Translations under genes and position numbers: made by a program
Part shown: positions 37,177 to 49,943 of the stretch, in pieces
Layout of the letters: each line of letters begins with the position of its first letter
How positions within the stretch are numbered: the stretch's first letter is position 1
DNA from: Octopus vulgaris
Taxonomy: Eukaryota
Direction of reading: 5' to 3'
Assembly (NCBI GenBank): GCA_951406725.2
Contig: OX597831.1
Location: 8,494,001-8,558,000 of the forward strand
Length of the DNA stretch: 64,000 nucleotides
Notes under the pieces: model-generated
What the model was told of the DNA's origin: nothing
Database searches by the model: none
The model's input: the letters and a program-made list of their open reading frames with translations, nothing else

Positions 37177-37709
37177 AATATGCTTCAACATACGAATTCA
37201 TATAAAGAATCTTGCAAACCAAATCCAAAAACGAAATTATAAATATCTTTCGTGAGGAAATCGATTGAAGAAGAGACTGAAATTTAAATAATTGAATACT
37301 TCAAGAAGGAAATGTGCTCAGCAAATTATCATAAAATTAAGTCAAAAATAAAATTACTGTAGTTTCCGGTTTAAAAAGAAGTGATGAGCGCTGATTAGGT
37401 AATTAACGTAATTAGTAAAATATGTGGGGGACATGGAAGTGGAAATGAAATTAACAGATTCTGAAGTTCACCAACTGTTCTTCATTCCAAATTAAAGTTG
37501 CTGGTTGTTGAGTTAAAAAGCTCACTTTTTCAGCCACACGGTTTTCGGTTGGGGGCCGCTGTGCAGTGCCCTGGACCGATTAATGTCCTTTGAGCGGATT
37601 TGGTAGACGAAAACTGAGGAAGCCCGTCGTATGTATGTGTGTGTGTATGTTATGTTTGTCCCCTACCACTGCTTGACAACGGGCGTTCATTTATTTATGT
37701 CCCTGTAAC

Positions 37710-38222
37710 GGGGCTAATGTAGAGTTTCGCACAAACCACGTTTTCAAAATTTTAAATTCAATAAGCTTATAGATATGTGTACAAAGAGCTATTACGAATA
37801 TACAAAAAATTTTTTTACCACCCCCACTAAAATTTTGAACTTTTCGAAATTTTTTTCCCCTTATGTTTTAGATGACGGAAATTTCGAATATTTAAGAAAC
37901 CACGTTTTCAAAATTTTAAATTCAATAAGCATATAGATATCTGTATAAAGAGATAGAGAGATATGAATGTCTTACACAAGTAAAACGCACATTCTCTTCA
38001 CTTTAATGTTTTTGTCTGGATATAATTTCGATTTGCATGTTCGTCAATTCGCTCCGATATCTTTAAAGTAAACAAAATCAAAAATTTAATTTTTGGGGGG
38101 CGACATTAAAAAAACAGAAATTGCAAATTCGTAATTTCCGACATCTAAAACGTATGAATCCGAAAATTCTTTTTCCAAACAAACTGCATTTTTTAAGGAG
38201 AGATGCAAACTGCATTAGCCCC
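37710..38222. mobile_element. Non-autonomous DNA transposon inserted in a family A SINE
   Basis: TIR GGGGCTAATG / CATTAGCCCC; 8-bp TSD CCTGTAAC / ACTGTAAC (one mismatch). The host SINE resumes exactly after the TSD. Internal direct repeat of about 44 bp at about 37733 and 37897. Confidence 0.8.
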
Positions 38223-38980
38223 ACTGTAACTTAGCAGTTCGGCAAATGACACCGATAGAATAAGTATCAAACATTAAAATAAATACTGGGGTCAGTTTAT
38301 TCGACTAAACACTACAAGGTGATGCACCAGCATGGCCGCAGTCCAATGACATTGGCCTGTCTGCTAGATCTGATAAGTTTGTATTCAGAACACAAAGGAG
38401 CGGTACAAATACTGCAACAGTTTTTGTCTAATGTTCGGACAATTCCACCAATTCGTCGTCCCTGGACTGGTTTTATGATTTATCAACACCCAGAAGTGAA
38501 AAAGGCAGGGCTGTATAGGGCGGCATTTGAACTCTGAAGATAAATTGCCGGAATAAATACCGAAAAGCATTTTGTCCGATGTTTTGATAATTCCTTTAAT
38601 CTATCACTATAGATTGATGTTTTGTTTTGTCGATTCCAGGGAGTATTAAATAAAAAATGGAAAACAAACTCAACATCAGCGGGATTTGAACGTAGCACTC
38701 AAGAGCCCCAGTAAATACCTATTTCTTTATTAACCACAAGGGGCTAAACACAGAGGGGACAAACAAGGACAGACAAAGGTATTCAGTCGACCCCAATGCG
38801 TAACTGGTACTTATTTAATCGACCCTGAAAGGATGAAAGGCAAAGTCGACCTCGGCGGAATTTGAACTCAGAACGTAACGGCAGACGAAAAACCTATTTC
38901 TTTACTACCTTCAAGGGGCTAAACATAGAGGGCACAAACGGATTAAGTCGCTTTCATCGACCCCAGTGCTTAATTGGTAC

Positions 38981-41900
38981 TTAATTTATCGACCCCGAAA
39001 GGATGAAAGGCAAAGTCGACCTCGGCGGAATTTGAACTCAGAACGAGGTCAATAGAGCCCCAGAAGATACCACAGAATATTGTCGTCTGCTACTTGAACG
39101 GTTCTGTCAGTCTGCCGCCATTCTCACTTCAGGCTGTCGGCATTTTGCATGTGCAAGGTTTGAGTTTAATAATTTGTGGAATAAGCACACTGTAGCAGAA
39201 AATTTATCGCCAATTGAGGTGAATGGAAGCATATTAAATGAAATGCTTTGCCTACGAATGCAACACACCATTGAATCTGGGATCAAAACGACCACCTTAC
39301 GAACCCCCGAGTCCAGCATGATCACACAACTTGCCTCTTTACTTCGAACTTGGGCCACAAAACCAAAAGGTATCTCTCACATCTTACCCTCACCTATCGC
39401 CATTCATACAATAAGCAGGATTCGGAAATTAGAATTTATCCAATTTTGTCGAGGTTTTTTCCATTTCTTTCCCGTATCGCTCATTTCTAAACATTTGGTG
39501 GCTGGAGAAGTGAAGTGGGGGTTCCTTCGAAAATCTTTTAAAAATTCCTGTTTTTAAGCATCTGCAAATGTGTTGGATGAAATAATATAATAATGAAATT
39601 ATTGTATACAGTGCTCAGGTGCACCACAACTTGTCAGAAAGTACATATAAAGTACATGCAGTAATGTAGAAATGTCTGGAAAGCGAACAGTGTATGAGTC
39701 AGATACATGCTTGCGTGTGTATGGAGGGGAGAAAATCAGGTGTAGTGTTGGCGAATCTCAGGAAGCATGGAAGTTTTGAAGGATGCAGTGCTCCAACAAC
39801 TAACAACTGATGCCGGCAGTTTGTTCCATGCTTCAGCAACTCTTAGCGTGAAAAAATGTTTCCTGAAGTCATGGGAGCTGTGCTGTTTTCTGACTTTGTA
39901 AATATAACCTTAAGAACATCTTCATAATTTTGCGTGTTGCTTGACGAGAGAAGCACAAGACAGTGAGTTTCTTTGTGAGTTTCGGCTGAAATACTCGTCT
40001 GCTTTAAAAATATTGAATGCCTCCATAAACAATGGAAGGTGTCCGGTTAATCTGTACTTGCCATGTTTTGGCAATAAATGACTGAGTCAAATTTTTTGGT
40101 AATTTTATCAAAAAATTTAACTGTGACTTTTTTCCGGACACTCATTGTTCATCTCGAAATTACTGATGTAAAAATTTAATGAAATAACTAAAGAAGAGAC
40201 AACAATTTGTTAAGGTTTACCATTGATGTCGCAATTATTTGCGTCGATGACCAACACGGACGAGTTTTTTCCATTAAGATATTCCAATTCACGGACAAGG
40301 AAATAATGACCACATCCTCAGAAAAGAACACATTAAGATACCATCGATCAGCTGTTGCCCTTCTGTTCAGGCAATCGATGTTTTCGGAGAAGAGTCTCCT
40401 ATTACAAACTATTTTGTCAAACACTTAAAACGCCTACGATAAGTGGATGTGTGAAAAACTAAATCGGAATTTTGAATGAAGTAAGCATAGGACGATAATT
40501 TCAGGAGATTAGAATGCAAAGAAGAACGTTTTTGATTGAAGAAAGCATAATGAGACCAGAAAAAGCATCTTCTTGTGCTCCACTTTCTCAATTCTTGCGG
40601 CAGATGGTCGCAGCAAAGCAAAGGAAGGAGGCCTTACACAGGTGCCCGACCTGCCAGAAATAGCAGCACCACTCTACTATATGTTTCTTTATTACCCACA
40701 AGGGGCTAAACACAGAGGGGACAAACAAGGACAGACAAACGAATTAATTCGATTAAATCGACCCCAGTGCGTAAATGGTACTTAATTTATCGACCCCGAA
40801 AGGATGAAAGGCAAAGTCGACCTCGGCGGAATTTGAACTCAGAACGAGGTCAATAGAGCCCCAGTAGATGTCACAGAATATTGTCGTCTGCTACTTGAAC
40901 GGTTCTGTCAGTCTGCCGCCATTCTCACTTCAGGATGTCGGCATTTTGCATGTGCAAGGTTTGAGTTTAATAATTTGTGGAATAAGCACACTGTAGCAGA
41001 AAATGTATCGCCAGTTGAGGTGAATGGAAGCACGATAAATGAAATGCTTTGCCTACGAATGCAACACACCATTGAATCTGGGATCAAAACGATCACCTTA
41101 CGAACCCCCCGAGTCCAGCATGATCACACAACTTGCCTCTTTACTTCGAACTTGAGCCACAAAACCAAAAGGTATCTCTCACATCTTACCCTCACCTATC
41201 GCCATTCGTACAATAAACAGGATTCGGAAATTAGAATTTATCCAATTTTGTCGAGGTTTTTCCATTTCTTTCCCGTATCGCCCATTTCTAAACATTTGGC
41301 AGCTGGAGAAGTGAAGTGGGGGTTCCTTCGAAAATCTTTTAAAAATTCCTGTTTTTAAGCATCTGCAAATGTGTTGGATGAAATAATATAATAATGAAAT
41401 TATTGTATACAGTGCTCAGGTGCACCACAACTTGTCAGAAAGTGCATATAAAGTACATGCAGTAATGTAGAAATATCTGGAAAGCGAACAATGTATGAGT
41501 CAGATACATGCTTGCGTGTGTATGGAGGAGAAAATCAGGTGTAGTGTTGGCGAATCTCAGGAAGCATGGAAGTTTTGAAGGATGCAGTGCTCCGACAACT
41601 AACAACTGATGCCGGCAGTTTGTTCCATGCTTCAGCAACTCTTAGCGTGAAAAAATGTTTCCTGAAGTCATGGGAGCTGTGCTGTTTTCTGACTTTGTAA
41701 ATATAACCTTAAGAACATCTTCATAATTTTGCGTGTTGCTTGACGAGAGAAGCACAAGACAGTGAGTTTCTTTGTGAGTTTCGGCTGAAATACTCGTCTG
41801 CTTTAAAAATATTGAATGCCTCCATAAACAATGGAAGGTGTCCGGTTAATCTGTACTTGCCATGTTTTGGCAATAAATGACTGAGTCAAATTTTTTGGTA

Positions 41901-42660
41901 ATTTTACCAAAAAATTTAACTGTGACTTTTTCCCGGACACTCATTGTTCATCTCGAAATTACTGATGTAAAAATTTAATGAAATAACTAAAGAAGAGACA
42001 ACAATTTGTTAAGGTTTACCATTGATGTCGCAATTATTTGCGTCGATGACCAACACGGACGAGTTTTTTCCATTAAGATATTCCAATTCACGGACAAGGA
42101 AATAATGACCACATCCTCAGAAAAGAACACATTAAGATACCATCGATCAGCTGTTGCCCTTCTGTTCAGGCTATCGATGTTTCTGGAGAAGAGTCTCCTA
42201 TTACAAACTATTTTGTCAAACACTTAAGACGCCTACCATAAGTGGATGTGTGAAAAACTAAATCGGAATTTTGAATGAAGTAAGCATAGGACGATAATTT
42301 CAGGAGATTAGAATGCAAAGAAGAAGGTCTTTGATTGAAGAAAGCATAATGAGACCAGAAAAAACATCTTCTTGTGCTCCGCTTTCTCAATTCTTGCGGC
42401 AGATGGTCGCAGCGAAGCAAAGGAAGGAGGCCTTACACAGGTGCCCGACCTGCCAGAAATAGCAGCACCGCTCTACTATATGTTTCTTTATTGCCCACAA
42501 GGGGCTAAACACAGAGAGGACAAACAAGGACAGACAAACGAAGTAAGTCGATTACATCGACCCCAGTGCGTAACTGGTACTTAATTTATCGACCCCGAAA
42601 GGATGAAAGGCAAAGTCGACCTCGGCGGAATATGAACTCAGAACATAACGGCAGACGGAA
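38981..42660. repeat. Tandem segmental duplication, unit about 1.8 kb, junctions in family C SINEs
   Basis: The same anchor GGATGAAAGG recurs at 39001, 40802 and 42601. Interiors 39046-40680 and 40847-42480 differ only by scattered substitutions and small indels. Confidence 0.95.
39587..39900 (-). mobile_element. 5'-truncated CR1/L2-group LINE 3' end (second copy at about 41388-41700)
   Basis: Minus-strand translation YKVRKQHSSHDFRKHFFTLRVAEAWNKLPASVVSC...SFK is a typical CR1-group ORF2 C-terminus, followed by an AT-rich tail. Confidence 0.75.
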
Positions 42661-43471
42661 AAACCTATTTCTTTACTACCCACAAGGGGCTAAACACAGA
42701 GAGGACAAACAAGGACAGACAAACGGATTAAGTCGATTACATCGACCCCAGTGCGTAACTGGTACTTATTTAATCGACCCCGAAAGGATGAAAGGCAAAA
42801 TCGACCTCGGCGGAATTTGAACTCAGAACGTAACGGCATTTCGCCTGGCGTGTTAACGTTTCTGCCAGTTCGCCGCAGCGGCAGACGGTCGCAGCGAAGC
42901 AAAAGAAGGAGTCCTTACACAGGTGCTCGACCTGCCAGAAATAGCAGCACCGCTCTACTATATTTAAAAGAAAACGAAACAAGAAACCCACAAAGGATAC
43001 AATAAATAATTTATTCTTGTACCCGGAGAAAAATGGAACGGTTCCTGTTGGAATGACTTTACTACAGTTTCTTTCTTCAGCCTCGATTCTCGACTTTGAA
43101 TCGAAATTTCTTAAAATGGAAGAAAAGCCAAAAAAACTCTCAAGTTGTCCATCAACCCAAACGATGATGAAATCAGGTAAGTATTAATAAACTTGTTTTT
43201 CTTTTAGTTGATTAATTAAATTTTTGTGTCAGCAATTCTGGGGGTTGTTTGAAAAAAATCGGGATTTAAAAATAAATTATTTATTTTAAATGCAAATTAT
43301 TAAAAAAAAAAAATCTTTCAGAGACTTTTAATTTGTAAATTCCAGAATGTAGAATATTAATTATAAAGACGACAAAAAAAGAAAAAAAATCTTATCTTTT
43401 ATCATTAAGCGGAGCAGAGGGTTTACAAATTTTTTCTCAAAAAATGTGGATTGCATGTTTTTTTTCCTCTC

Positions 43472-43720
43472 TAGTTTCAGCTCAGAGCTACGGCCATGCT
43501 GGTGCACCGCCGTCTTGCTACACTGTTATTACTAAGAGCCTCCTCTAATATGTGGCACTTGGTGAAGAATGGAGTTTGATATAGCTACCCTCATTTGCAC
43601 CTCTTGCTGTGAGGTATGTTCATCTGGGACTCTCGACAGGAAGAGGTCCAGCTTTGATGTAAAAAAAAAACCTACATCTACTTTGTGCAAGTTCCTCAGA
43701 TTCTTTCAAAAATGTTGGAT
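43472..43720 (-). mobile_element. CR1-group LINE 3' fragment related to the 49944-51407 element
   Basis: Encodes KLDLFLSRVPDE-like sequence and ends in GGTGCACCAGCATGGCCGT-AGCT-CTG-AGCT-GAAAC. Confidence 0.7.
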
Positions 43721-44934
43721 GTAATTTTGTGGAAAAATAACGAAAAAATAAATAAACATTTCGTATCGGCTGCTGTCATAAAGAGATGACGGGATACGGG
43801 TGGGATCGGGTGATACAGATGCTTAAAAATTTGGAATTATTTTTTTGTAAAATGCCCAACCCTTGCTTTGTAATGTAGGAAACAAAAATAAATTGGAAAA
43901 ATTCTGTCAAAAACGGAGAAATTTCAATCTGTGAAAGTTTTTCAGAAAGTTTGCCGGATTCTGAAGTTGGCAATTAGTATACAAAGGATTCCCACAACTG
44001 ACTTTGTTTCCTCATGACTTTCAGAAAACTAGATTTTTTTTTTTTCAATGAAAATTTCTACAAATACCTTTCCGATGGTGAAGATTACCATAAAACCAGA
44101 ATTTAATGCAAAATAGACGAAATAAATAAATGGGCGCGCACTCATGCATACTGACACACAAAATGAAACTTGAGATGACTATGTGGTGTGTGTCAGTTTG
44201 TATGTGTGAGTGGCCATCAGTTATTAATTTTTTTCCCCCATTAACTTTCGATATAATTGTAATCTGCACCACTTCAAAGGTATTTGTAGAAAATTTCATT
44301 AGAAAATATGTATTTTTTTCTAAAAGCTATGAGGTAACAAAGTGAATGTTAGGGCACACTTATAAAGGTATGCTGAAAGCTCCCTTAAATTGTTTGCCGA
44401 GTCTGTAATAAGTAATTAAGCATCTCGTAGTCTTAATTACAGAACTAATTTCTTCACACCTCTGTACAGTTGAAGCAAATATTTACTGGTCCAAGGGAAA
44501 TAACTCAGCAATAAGGGGAAATAATTTTTCTTTCACTGGTTTTAAATTCTTTCTCTATCAAAATATTTTAATCATTTTCTATCTAAATATGATTTATTTG
44601 TACCACATATTGATAAGTTTATGTCTCAATCGTTATGAGATAATTAAAAAAAGGCTTTTAACCCTTTGCTAATCGTTCTAATTTAAATGTGATATTTCTG
44701 TTAATCAGCAGAGTTTTCTACCTTATAATTATCTTTAATTATCTTTTTTGTAATGTCACGATTACACAGTAAATGGATTAACAGCGCTAATAAAACTAAA
44801 CAAGATTCTAAATAAGACTATGTGGTAACTTGGGCTGCTAGAAATAGTTGCCAAATGTTCTTTCACTCTCTTGAAAAAGTAAGGACACAGACAAACTGCT
44901 CGAGAAACACATGGTCACATTTCTTTCTTTCAAA

Positions 44935-45120
44935 CTTACTCAAGCCCTTCGTTTCCTACGGAGCATCAACCAGCAACGACTTTCCTCTTCTGTTGCCGAG
45001 TCGAGGCTGTCTTTTGCTTCTCTTCAATTGGACCCAAACTTTCTTTCAGATTTTGCTGCAGTTTCATGTTTCGCCAAGGAAAAGGCCTTCCTTTCCCAGG
45101 TTTTCGCGGTTTTGAATTGT
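44935..45120 (-). mobile_element. Decayed RTE-clade LINE 3' end
   Basis: KPRKPGKGRP.PWR...KTASTRQQKRKVVAG*CSVGNEGLE* resembles an RTE ORF C-terminus. Confidence 0.5.
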
Positions 45121-45229
45121 CATTAATGCTTCTTTCATTTAACTTTTTTTCTAGATATGAATGTTGGTCTTACGTATATCCATTTTTACTCCTGGGAAGA
45201 CGGCAGTGAGATTTCTATTTTTTTTTATT

Positions 45230-45822
45230 GTTATAAATCTTCTACTGAGGAGGGAGCCGGTTTCCAGCAAAGATATATGGCTCCATCTTTGGGATGTAGT
45301 TAACACGGACAAATTCGCATTTAGAACTTAAGAAAAGTCTTGCATATTTTTGCTGTTCCACTCACAGATTGAGTGTACGAATTAGCCGGTCGATTTCTCG
45401 TTCTGAAATTCCAGTTTATCCAGATTCTCCTTTAAGCATTTACTAACAAAACCTAGTGCTCCAATTATTATTGGTATGAATATGAATTCATAGTCTGGAT
45501 ATAGAAGCTGGAGGTTTCGAAGCAGTTGTCCATAATTATCTTCCTTTGCTTTCAGTTTCAAAGAGATATATTTATCTCTGCAGGGCAGCTAACCTCTATG
45601 ATGGTACATACCTTTGCCTTTCTATCCCAAACAACAATATTTGACCTGTTATGCTAACATTTGACAGAGGTTTTGACAGGAATATTCCAACAGTATTCCT
45701 TGAGTTAGTGTTTATGAATGCATTCCATAAGAGAGGAATTTAATAAGTTTATTTCAGGACAATCTTTTTTGCAGATGGCATTGTAAACTGTTTTAGCAAC
45801 AACATCATCCCACGTAGGGAGG

Positions 45823-45824
<2 letters not shown>
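45230..45824 (-). mobile_element. R4/Dong-like (restriction-like endonuclease) non-LTR retrotransposon, 3' fragment, older copy
   Basis: YLPTWDDVVAKTVYNAI... and ...YGQLLRNLQLLYPDYEFIFIPIIIGALG, with stops and frameshifts. Confidence 0.8.
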
Positions 45825-45869
<45 letters not shown>

Positions 45870-45929
45870 TATGTATGTATGTATGTATGTATGTATGTGT
45901 GTGTGTGTGTATGCATGCATGCATGCATA

Positions 45930-46930
45930 TGTGCAGATTTGTATGTTTTGTTTTATGTATGTCTTCTCATGCATACAGTTGCATATCTAGACATGCTCAT
46001 ATATATTTAAATGATAAACTTCTGGAAAGTTTTACAGATTTTTACAGTTCCAGTGATGGATTGGATCTGTAGTCTTCGAATTAGCTTTCTCCTTTCTGGT
46101 TTTCAGAAGCCTAATTTCTCAAGATTGGTATTTACGCAGTGTGCTACATATCCCAGGGCCCCAATAATTACCGGTATAAACCTGAACTTGTAATCTGGAT
46201 AGAGTAACTGCAGATTTCTTAATAGTCCAGTGTAGGTATTCTCTTTTTCACTGATCTTCAGCTTTGTGTTAACGTCCACTGGGCAGCTACTTTCCACAAC
46301 TGTACACAATTTCTCTTCTCTATCCCAAATCATTATATCAGGTCTGTTGTGCTTACATTTTATTGAGGTCTTCACTGAGACATTCCACCAGTATTCCTTT
46401 TTATTATTAGTGGCTATGATTTCTACCATACTGTGGGTTCTTATTTCTTTGTCCTTGGAGTTATCTTTCTGATGGATTTCATTATAGAGTATCCTAGCTA
46501 CAACATCATGTCTCATCAGTAGATAATACCGTGATGACATTTTCGAACAACTGCTTATAATGTGGGTGATATCTTCAGTGTTAATTCCACAAAGTCTATG
46601 TCAGTTTTCACATTTTACAGTTTTTCCTGCATCTCTATCCCTTTTGTGCATCAGGTACTTGGTTAATATTTCCTATTCCTGGATTGCAAACACATAACCT
46701 TCAAAGTGGGATGTAATAATCCAGCAATTGGTCCATGATAAACTGCTTTGATGATCGATGTTACTATTATCTCAGAGCTTTCAACTGACATATCCATGCA
46801 TAGTCTTCTGTTCATATAGGCTCATCCTTTCATCTGATGATACATTGCTGTATGTGTGACTTCTTTGGACATGTATTCTAGGTTATGAGACAGAGAATGT
46901 TGCTCAAGGAGCTGCCTTCCAAGACTTAAG
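45930..46930 (-). mobile_element. R4/Dong-like RLE non-LTR retrotransposon, 3' fragment
   Basis: MHGY, FEGYVFAIQE, zinc-knuckle remnant RLCGINTEDITHIISSC, RHDVVAR, NRPDIMIWD...E...EK...PVIIGALG (PD-(D/E)xK endonuclease); in-frame stops upstream. Confidence 0.88.
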
Positions 46931-46939
46931 ATGTTATCA

Positions 46940-47139
46940 GCCTCATGTATGCAAACTTGGTCAAGAGATGCACTCGACACATGGTGGTTAAAAGATGTTG
47001 TTGAAGTGTGTAAGCATGCCCTGGCAAAACCCCTCAAGATTCTCTTCCAGAGCTTTCTTACAAATGGCAAACTGCCAAGCAAGCTGAAGGAGGGAAGTAG
47101 AGCAGATGCCAAAAACTATAGGCCTATCTCTCTGACTTC
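46940..47139 (+). mobile_element. CR1-group LINE fragment immediately upstream of the RT domain
   Basis: KPLKILFQSFLTNGKLPSKLKEG...ADAKNYRPISLTS. Confidence 0.75.
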
Positions 47140-47661
47140 TGCTAATCTGCTAACATCTAATTAGCGAAGCTAACTTGTTTAGCGGATTAGCGTCTTCGTT
47201 AACTTTGGAAACCGTCAGCGGACCAATTTACCTTCCGCTAAATTTAGTACTGCTAACTATAAGTCTGCTAACAAAATTCATATGTTTGTTCCTGTTTGTT
47301 GTGGGCATGTCTCAAAGAGTCCGTCATGCATGCTATTGGCTGACTACGTGTACACATGACAAAACATAATTAGTCGACGCAGTAGCAGCTAGCTGAGCAG
47401 CATTGTGTAATTTTGCAGTTTTGAGTTGTGTTCACTTACGACGTTGTCACATTACAGACAGTCTTACAGTGTCAGCGACAGTAGTGTACGTTATCGGCTT
47501 ATCAAGTTATTGCTTATAATTATGAAAGGTGAAGACTTAAGGAGTCTGTAATGGCTGTGGGTGAGGCAACGGTTGCTCAGATTGAGACCCAGAAGTCTCA
47601 GAACCTGTGGCCCCACATAGAGGACTACTTTGTTCTTATGTCAAGGGATAAAAAGAATGTC

Positions 47662-47896
47662 TTAAGGCGGCGAGCTGGCAGAAACGTTAGCACGCCGGGC
47701 GAAATGCGTAGCCGTATTTCGTCTGCCGTTATGTTCTAAGTTCAAATTCCGCCGAGGTCGACTTTGCCTTTCATCCTTTCGGGGTCGATTAAATAAGTAC
47801 CAGTTACGCACTGGGGTCGATATAATCGACTTAATCCGTTTGTCTATCCTTGTTTGTCCTCTCTGTGTTTAGCCCCTTGTGGGTAGTAAAGAAATA
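47662..47896 (+). mobile_element. SINE family C, full-length copy with target-site duplication, inserted in the hAT transposase
   Basis: tRNA-like head (TGGCAGAAACG A-box, GTTCAAATTCC B-box) and body CTTTGCCTTTCATCCTTTCGGGGTCGAT. Flanked by a 16-bp TSD GGATAA(A/G)AAGAATGTC at 47646-47661 and 47897-47912. Confidence 0.9.
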
Positions 47897-48523
47897 GGAT
47901 AAGAAGAATGTCAAAATCCTGTACTTCTGGGGCATCATGTGCCAGCCCAAGGAGACAAGCAGCAAGCCTTGACATCTTGAAGTCACATGTCAAGAGGAAA
48001 CACTCAGCGCATGCCATCCATTTTGAGGAGAGGATCAAGGCCAGGCTTTTCCCATGGGAAACACAGACAATCTTCTGGTTGCAGTGCCAGTAGCCAGTGT
48101 CGCAGCCACATGCAAAGAAAGCATGCCAGCCCAGCATTGGCGATGTGTTTGCCCAAAATGCTGGCACTGGTGTCCGTCTGTCTGTGGTGGACAGAAGGAT
48201 TGTAGACCTGTTTGTCGATGTTACTACTGCATATAGTGAAGTCCTCCACCTTTGGCAGACTGACCAAGACGCTGAACCCCAGCAAGACATTGATGTCTTG
48301 CCACACTCTGGCCAGGATGATCTTGGCCAGCCGTAAACAGCTGGAGGAGTATCTTACAAGGTATTTATAAATTTAAATTATACAAGATTATTAAAGTATT
48401 ATTATGGCATACTTCGTACTTTCTTAATTTAATTTAATTATTTATTAAATAATTATTTTCTTAATAAATGCAATAAAATGTATAATAGCTAATTGGAATA
48501 AATATCATAATATACAATACATG

Positions 48524-48579
<56 letters not shown>

Positions 48580-48779
48580 CACTCATGATTAAGTTTGTAC
48601 AGCAAAACAGCAACCTTTAATGAAATAATGAATAAATGAACCTTAAGTTCTGAACTTATCAAATTCCGACCATCATTCCATCCCTCATCTCGGTTATACA
48701 TCAGCCCCAATGTGTCACCTATCAAAGAAGTGTCACTATTTAGAGCAGCCTAGTAACAAATGTTAAACTATAATTTGAT

Positions 48780-48848
<69 letters not shown>

Positions 48849-49221
48849 AAACTAGATTTATAATTACATACATAATTATATTAAAGGGATCGGGAAAAAC
48901 CTTCTCTAATATGCTAAAATTAGATACCAAATTGCACTAAAACCCACCTTATTTCTCCCTTTAAGCACAGGTTGTGAACAGGCAAATGAAAAATAATAAA
49001 GACAACTTTCCAGTTAATTGTGTATTGAACTCGATTTCAGGTTAAATTTAATGAAATACATATTACCTTCCTCAGCATAACATTCTGAGGTATATAAGTA
49101 CAAATATTTATACATAGCCATAAGAAACACCAAAGCTGTATGACCATATGCATACAACTGCATGTATACACCGTAAAAAAAAAATCAAATTTACATTTTT
49201 TCATTTCATGTATATATATAT

Positions 49222-49266
<45 letters not shown>

Positions 49267-49862
49267 CATACATATATATTTACATACATATATATATACA
49301 TATATATATATATACATACACATATATATACATACATATATATACACATATACATACATACATATATATTTACATACTTATATATATATATACACATACA
49401 TATATATACACATATACATACATTCATATATACATATACATACATTCATATATATATATATACATATACATACATTCATATATATATATATACATATACA
49501 TACATTCATATATATATATATATACATATACATACATTATATATATATATATATATACATATACATACATACATTCAAATATATATATATATGTGCACAT
49601 ATACATACATACATATATATATATACATATACATACATACATATATACATATACATATATGTATCAAATGAAATAGAAAACAGAACACAAAGGATGTCAC
49701 AGTACACATGTTTCGAGCTATATAAAACAACTTATTCTTACATCATATATACATATGTATGTATATACATATATACATATACATATATATATATATACAT
49801 ACATACATATATACACACATATACATACATACATACATATATATATATATACATATACACAT

Positions 49863-49909
<47 letters not shown>

Positions 49910-49943
49910 CATACATACATGCATATATATATACACATATACA

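Noticed and set aside
39107-42420. Duplicated ORFs (83, 127, 78, 73, 70 aa) as a tandem gene pair
   Set aside because: No recognisable domain, and an indel near 41105 shifts the frame between copies. They recur only because the DNA is duplicated.
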